A stretch of DNA of 62,565 nt, filler included. It is 7 parts of 7 records of this genome, joined end to end, with 100 filler letters (N's around TTAATTAATTAA, not from the genome) between each part and the next. Parts side by side here need not be neighbours in the genome. Positions count along the whole stretch, not along the records: positions 56,971 to 62,565 come from SRR31156797_14443; 6 more parts are not named here. One strand, given 5' to 3'. Position numbers and translations under genes: made by a program. The number at the start of each line of letters is the position of its first letter. Position 1 is the stretch's first letter. This document shows positions 59,030 to 62,565 of this stretch, in pieces. Below the pieces are notes generated by a model, which saw nothing but the letters and a program-made list of their open reading frames with translations, was not told the origin of the DNA and did no database searches.

Positions 59030-59248
59030 TTGGACACGGAAAAAATAGATAAGATTCGTCGGGACATGAAAATCCTGGCACAAAATGCCGACATCCTTGC
59101 AGCCGATGCGGACGCATTTCCAGCCATCATGCAGAATACCCAGAGGCTCAAGGCGTGTATCCGCATGATGGAAATGGCTCTCGGACAGGTAACCTTGACC
59201 CCTCAAAAACAGCCCCGACCTTTTAGTCCTGATCCAGAATCCGTCTAA
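59030..59248 (+). CDS. small hypothetical helical protein
   Basis: TTG after AGAGGA; FPAIMQNTQRLKACIRMME; 26-bp convergent overlap with the kinase gene. Confidence 0.55.
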   Translation: MDTEKIDKIRRDMKILAQNADILAADADAFPAIMQNTQRLKACIRMMEMALGQVTLTPQKQPRPFSPDPESV

Positions 59249-60854
59249 TTTTTTTTGACAACTGGATCATATTGAAAGGTTTCTGAATAAAATCATCACA
59301 TCCGCGGTCCAGGATTTTCTGCGCTTGCCCTCTGAGACCGTAGCCGGTTGACAGGAGCACTTTCACATCAGGATTGATCTCTTTCAATCTGTCATAGACC
59401 GCGCCGCCGCCCAAATCCGGCATGATCATATCCAGGATAACCATGCTGAGATGTTCTTTATTTTCCAGGTAAACCTTTAGGGCCTCTTCCCCGCCCGTGG
59501 CAATAAAAACGTCGTATCCGAGGTTTCGCAATAATTCTCTGGTGGTTTCAACGATCAGCTTCTCATCATCCACCAAAAGGATGGACTCATCACCCTTTAA
59601 TGGCGTTTCAACTCTTTTCGTTTCTACCAAAGCTTGTTTTCCGGATGCGGGCAGGTATTGAGTAAAGGTTGTCCCCCGGCCTTTTTCGCTGTAGACGTTG
59701 ATAAAACCGCCATGATTTTTAATAATGCCATAAACCGTCGCCAAGCCCAGGCCCGACCCCCGGCCCATCTCTTTTGTGGTGAAAAACGGCTCAAATATGC
59801 GCCGGAGCGTTGCCTTGTCCATTCCCTTGCCCGTATCCGTAATGGAAATCTTAACGTAATTGCCGGGGTTAACATCGTGGGGCCTCACATAGGGTTCATC
59901 CAGCGTAATGTTTTCGATACTGATGTACAGGTCACCCCCTTCGGGCATGGCGTGCCAGGCATTCAAATAGATATTCAGCAATGCCTGCTCAATCTGTCTT
60001 CGGTCCATATCCACGGTCCAGATATCCTGCCGAAACTTTCGATGAATTCTGATTTCTTTTCGGGTGCGGCCGAACATTTCAGCGCTTTTTTCTACAATCT
60101 CAATGGGATCCTTTGTTTTCACTTCATACTTCCCTCCCCTGGCGAAACCGAGCAACTGTTTGGAAAGGCCTGCCGCACTTCTCACATACTCTTCTATCTC
60201 CTTGAGATGCCCAAAAAAGGGATGTTCTGAACCGGTTTCCATGAGCATCAAAGAGATTCGCCCCTGAATGCCCATGAGGAGATTGTTGAAATCATGGGCA
60301 ACCCCCCCTGCAAGGGTACCGATGGCTTTCATTTTCTGTGCCTGCCAAAATTGATATTCCAATCGTTTTCTTTCGCTGATATCGCGAATGATAACCAGCA
60401 TTCCCGCCGGTTTCCCTTCATGATCCTTATAACGGGATGCGCTCAGGCTGACGGCCAGAACTTTCCCATCCTTTGTCATGCGTTTGGTTTCATACCCCTG
60501 ACAAGGTGTTCCATTTTGGATGAGGTCGTTGATGATGGCCATGGTGGTTGCTTTTTCGGATTCGGGGACAAAAGGGATCCGCTTTCCTTTCATTTCCGCC
60601 AGGGTCCATCCGAAGGTCTCTGTGAAAGAGGGGCTGACGTAATGACAAAACCCCTCCATATCATAGATGATAACGGCATCCGCCGACGAATGAATCAGAG
60701 AACGATAAACCTCTGCCCATCTTCTGGAATTCTCATAGAGGACTTTATATTCTTCCGCACTCACCTTGAGGGCTTCTTCGGTCCGATCCTGAGACTCCTC
60801 CAAACTGAAGATATATCTCTGCAGCTTGCGCCGCCCGTTCTCGTCCAGTTCCAC
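59223..60854 (-). CDS. PAS hybrid sensor histidine kinase/receiver
   Basis: PAS/PAC (DISERK), AHDFNNLL, GSGLGL, REC (DMIMP). Confidence 0.93.
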   Translation of the reverse strand: MELDENGRRKLQRYIFSLEESQDRTEEALKVSAEEYKVLYENSRRWAEVYRSLIHSSADAVIIYDMEGFCHYVSPSFTETFGWTLAEMKGKRIPFVPESEKATTMAIINDLIQNGTPCQGYETKRMTKDGKVLAVSLSASRYKDHEGKPAGMLVIIRDISERKRLEYQFWQAQKMKAIGTLAGGVAHDFNNLLMGIQGRISLMLMETGSEHPFFGHLKEIEEYVRSAAGLSKQLLGFARGGKYEVKTKDPIEIVEKSAEMFGRTRKEIRIHRKFRQDIWTVDMDRRQIEQALLNIYLNAWHAMPEGGDLYISIENITLDEPYVRPHDVNPGNYVKISITDTGKGMDKATLRRIFEPFFTTKEMGRGSGLGLATVYGIIKNHGGFINVYSEKGRGTTFTQYLPASGKQALVETKRVETPLKGDESILLVDDEKLIVETTRELLRNLGYDVFIATGGEEALKVYLENKEHLSMVILDMIMPDLGGGAVYDRLKEINPDVKVLLSTGYGLRGQAQKILDRGCDDFIQKPFNMIQLSKKIRRILDQD

Positions 60855-60871
60855 TTTCCTCTCCCTCTCCG

Positions 60872-61243
60872 CTATTTGTCGAATGTCTTTATCTCTCTCA
60901 AAATATCGGGAAAACTGATCGGTTTGCAGAGATACCGGTCCGCGCCTGCCTTAAGGCCCGCCGCGACTTCATGGGACTGGGCCTTTGCCGAAAGGATGAT
61001 GATGGGTATCTGTTTCGTCATATGATTTGATTTCAGCCTTCTACATACTTCGATGCCATTTAGTTTAGGCAATTTGACATCCAGCAAAATGATGTCGGGC
61101 CGCTCCCTAAAAGCCAGGCTAAGCGCCTTCTCTCCATCCTCGGCAGTGTATACGGAATAGCCGAGTTTGCCGAGTTTCCGTTCCAAATAAGCATAAATGG
61201 CCTCTTCATCATCCACCACAAGAATCTTACTGATTCCCACCAC
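60872..61243 (-). CDS. single-domain response regulator
   Basis: KILVVDDE, LLDVKLPKLNG, LSA, KP; GTG after GGAGGGAGG. Confidence 0.9.
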   Translation of the reverse strand: MVGISKILVVDDEEAIYAYLERKLGKLGYSVYTAEDGEKALSLAFRERPDIILLDVKLPKLNGIEVCRRLKSNHMTKQIPIIILSAKAQSHEVAAGLKAGADRYLCKPISFPDILREIKTFDK

Positions 61244-61361
61244 AAATTCCTCCCTCCTGGTATTTCCGGAATGTGAAAAGCTCAATTAATTTCCCACAAG
61301 AATTGATAATCTTTCGGTCCATGCCGGAGCGTGTTGACCTATTTGCCGCATTCATTCCGGA

Positions 61362-62565
61362 TTATCCGGATTGCATATCCTGTTTCCCGTTCACGGGCAG
61401 ATGCACCACAAAAACCGTTCCTTTGCGATCGCCCCCACAGGTCAGTTCCGAAAACCGGTCTTCCGGGAGCGGGCTTTCAAAGTATACACTTCCGCCGTGC
61501 TCTTCCACAATACCTTTTGCAATGGTCAAACCCAAACCGCTCCCTCCCACTTTTTGGCTCAGAATGCTGTCTGCCTGAAAGAATCGGTCAAACACTTTTT
61601 CCTGTACCGCCGGAGGGATACCGTACCCGTTGTCGGCCACGGAAAGAACCATATCATTCCCTTTCTCCTCCGCACCGAGCAATATCCCCCCCCCCCGAGG
61701 CGTATATTTGATGGAATTGCTCAACAGGTTCACGACCACCTGAATCATCCGCTTTTCATCCGCATGGATATGAGGCAAATTGGACGAATAGCGCTCAATG
61801 ACCGTATGACCATGCGCTTCAATCAATTGGGAAACCTCCCCGATGGCGCTTTTTACAATGCGCCTCACCGAAATACGGGTTATATTGAGTTCAAACTTCC
61901 GTGACTCAATTCTTGAAAGATCGAGGAGATTGTCCACAAGACCCATGAGACGGGTTATCCCCTCATTGACAATCTGCAGATCTTCCCGGGTCTCGTCGTC
62001 GATCTCCCCGGCGTAACCTTCCAATATGCCGGATACGCCCAAAAGCATGGCATGTATGGGCGTTCTGAATTCATGGGAAGCAATGGTCACAAATTCGGAT
62101 TTCATGCGATCCACCTCGGCAACCGCATGGGCCATTTCATTAAATGACGTCGCCAATTGTCCGATTTCATCCTTTGATTTTACCCCGATGTGCTGGTTCA
62201 GAACGCCTCTGCTCATGGCCACGGCGCCTTCCGTCAAACGCTTCAGGGGCCGCGTAATGTTAAGTCCCAACAAGACGGCCGCACACAGGACGGATAGGGC
62301 GACAATAATGGTGATAATCGTGATCAGCTTGCGATTCCTTTCGGCGCTCTCTTCAATGAGCAAACCTGCCATTTCATTGGCGTTTCTGATATCCTGTTCC
62401 TGTCGGGAGATACTGTTTTCAATACTTTCCCTGGTCTTGTTGGCGGCCTTATGAAAGTCATCCACATTGGCCCCGATGGTGACGTAACCGAATCCCCTTT
62501 TTGATTTGCCGTAATCACCGGTGTAGTAAGGCACCGTCGCATAGGTGGTCAACTTCCACAATCCG
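61362..62565 (-). CDS. HAMP-domain membrane sensor histidine kinase, 5'-partial
   Basis: TM, HAMP (DEIGQLA..FNEM), SHEFRTP, NLLSNSIKYT, GGSGLGL; frame open to the window end. Confidence 0.92.
   Translation of the reverse strand, partial: GLWKLTTYATVPYYTGDYGKSKRGFGYVTIGANVDDFHKAANKTRESIENSISRQEQDIRNANEMAGLLIEESAERNRKLITIITIIVALSVLCAAVLLGLNITRPLKRLTEGAVAMSRGVLNQHIGVKSKDEIGQLATSFNEMAHAVAEVDRMKSEFVTIASHEFRTPIHAMLLGVSGILEGYAGEIDDETREDLQIVNEGITRLMGLVDNLLDLSRIESRKFELNITRISVRRIVKSAIGEVSQLIEAHGHTVIERYSSNLPHIHADEKRMIQVVVNLLSNSIKYTPRGGGILLGAEEKGNDMVLSVADNGYGIPPAVQEKVFDRFFQADSILSQKVGGSGLGLTIAKGIVEEHGGSVYFESPLPEDRFSELTCGGDRKGTVFVVHLPVNGKQDMQSG

Noticed and set aside
59223-60854. Similarity between the two hybrid kinases (26257-28236 and 59223-60854) as a recent duplication
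   Set aside because: Shared motifs are those of a large, commonly expanded Desulfobacterota kinase family; different contigs and different sensor regions.

Overview
This window is not one locus. It is seven unrelated contig pieces joined by 100-bp artificial linkers (44 N + TTAATTAATTAA + 44 N). (1) 1-13924, Desulfobacterota-like: a GAF/sigma-54 activator faces an operon (small protein, MMPL/RND exporter, LolA-like protein, outer-membrane barrel, CoA-activase, TrmO, FmdE, SAM methyltransferase, DUF4405, AraC, ExbB/TonB/TPR). The distal half of this operon is decaying and carries two toxin-antitoxin modules, four copies of a ~25-bp motif and the start of a RAYT-like Y1 HUH transposase. (2) 14025-23497: metG, ricT/yaaT, holB, tmk, a carboxyltransferase and two moeA genes. 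(3) 23598-29532: pspF, PfkB kinase, AMIN protein, PAS hybrid kinase, acyl-CoA dehydrogenase. (4) 29633-34966, Vibrio-like: thrU 5' end, coaA, birA, murB, GNAT, pssA and a tRNA-Asp-like remnant. (5) 35067-50147, AT-rich Bacteroidota: rpmA, serS, ruvC, HIT, greA, membrane PPase, ribF, lpxH, rmuC. (6) 50248-56870: cyclophilin, HAD, truncated Abi_C-type gene, sulfatase, outer-membrane protein. (7) 56971-62565: TRAP DctM, phenylacetate-CoA ligase-like gene, two-component genes. The best candidate for an undescribed system is 9872-13924. There the motif AATTCnGnGGACRYCnTRCnTAATT sits exactly where three ORFs end and next to both TA modules, adjacent to an HUH nuclease gene. All family calls and taxonomic guesses are by eye from motifs; no searches were run.
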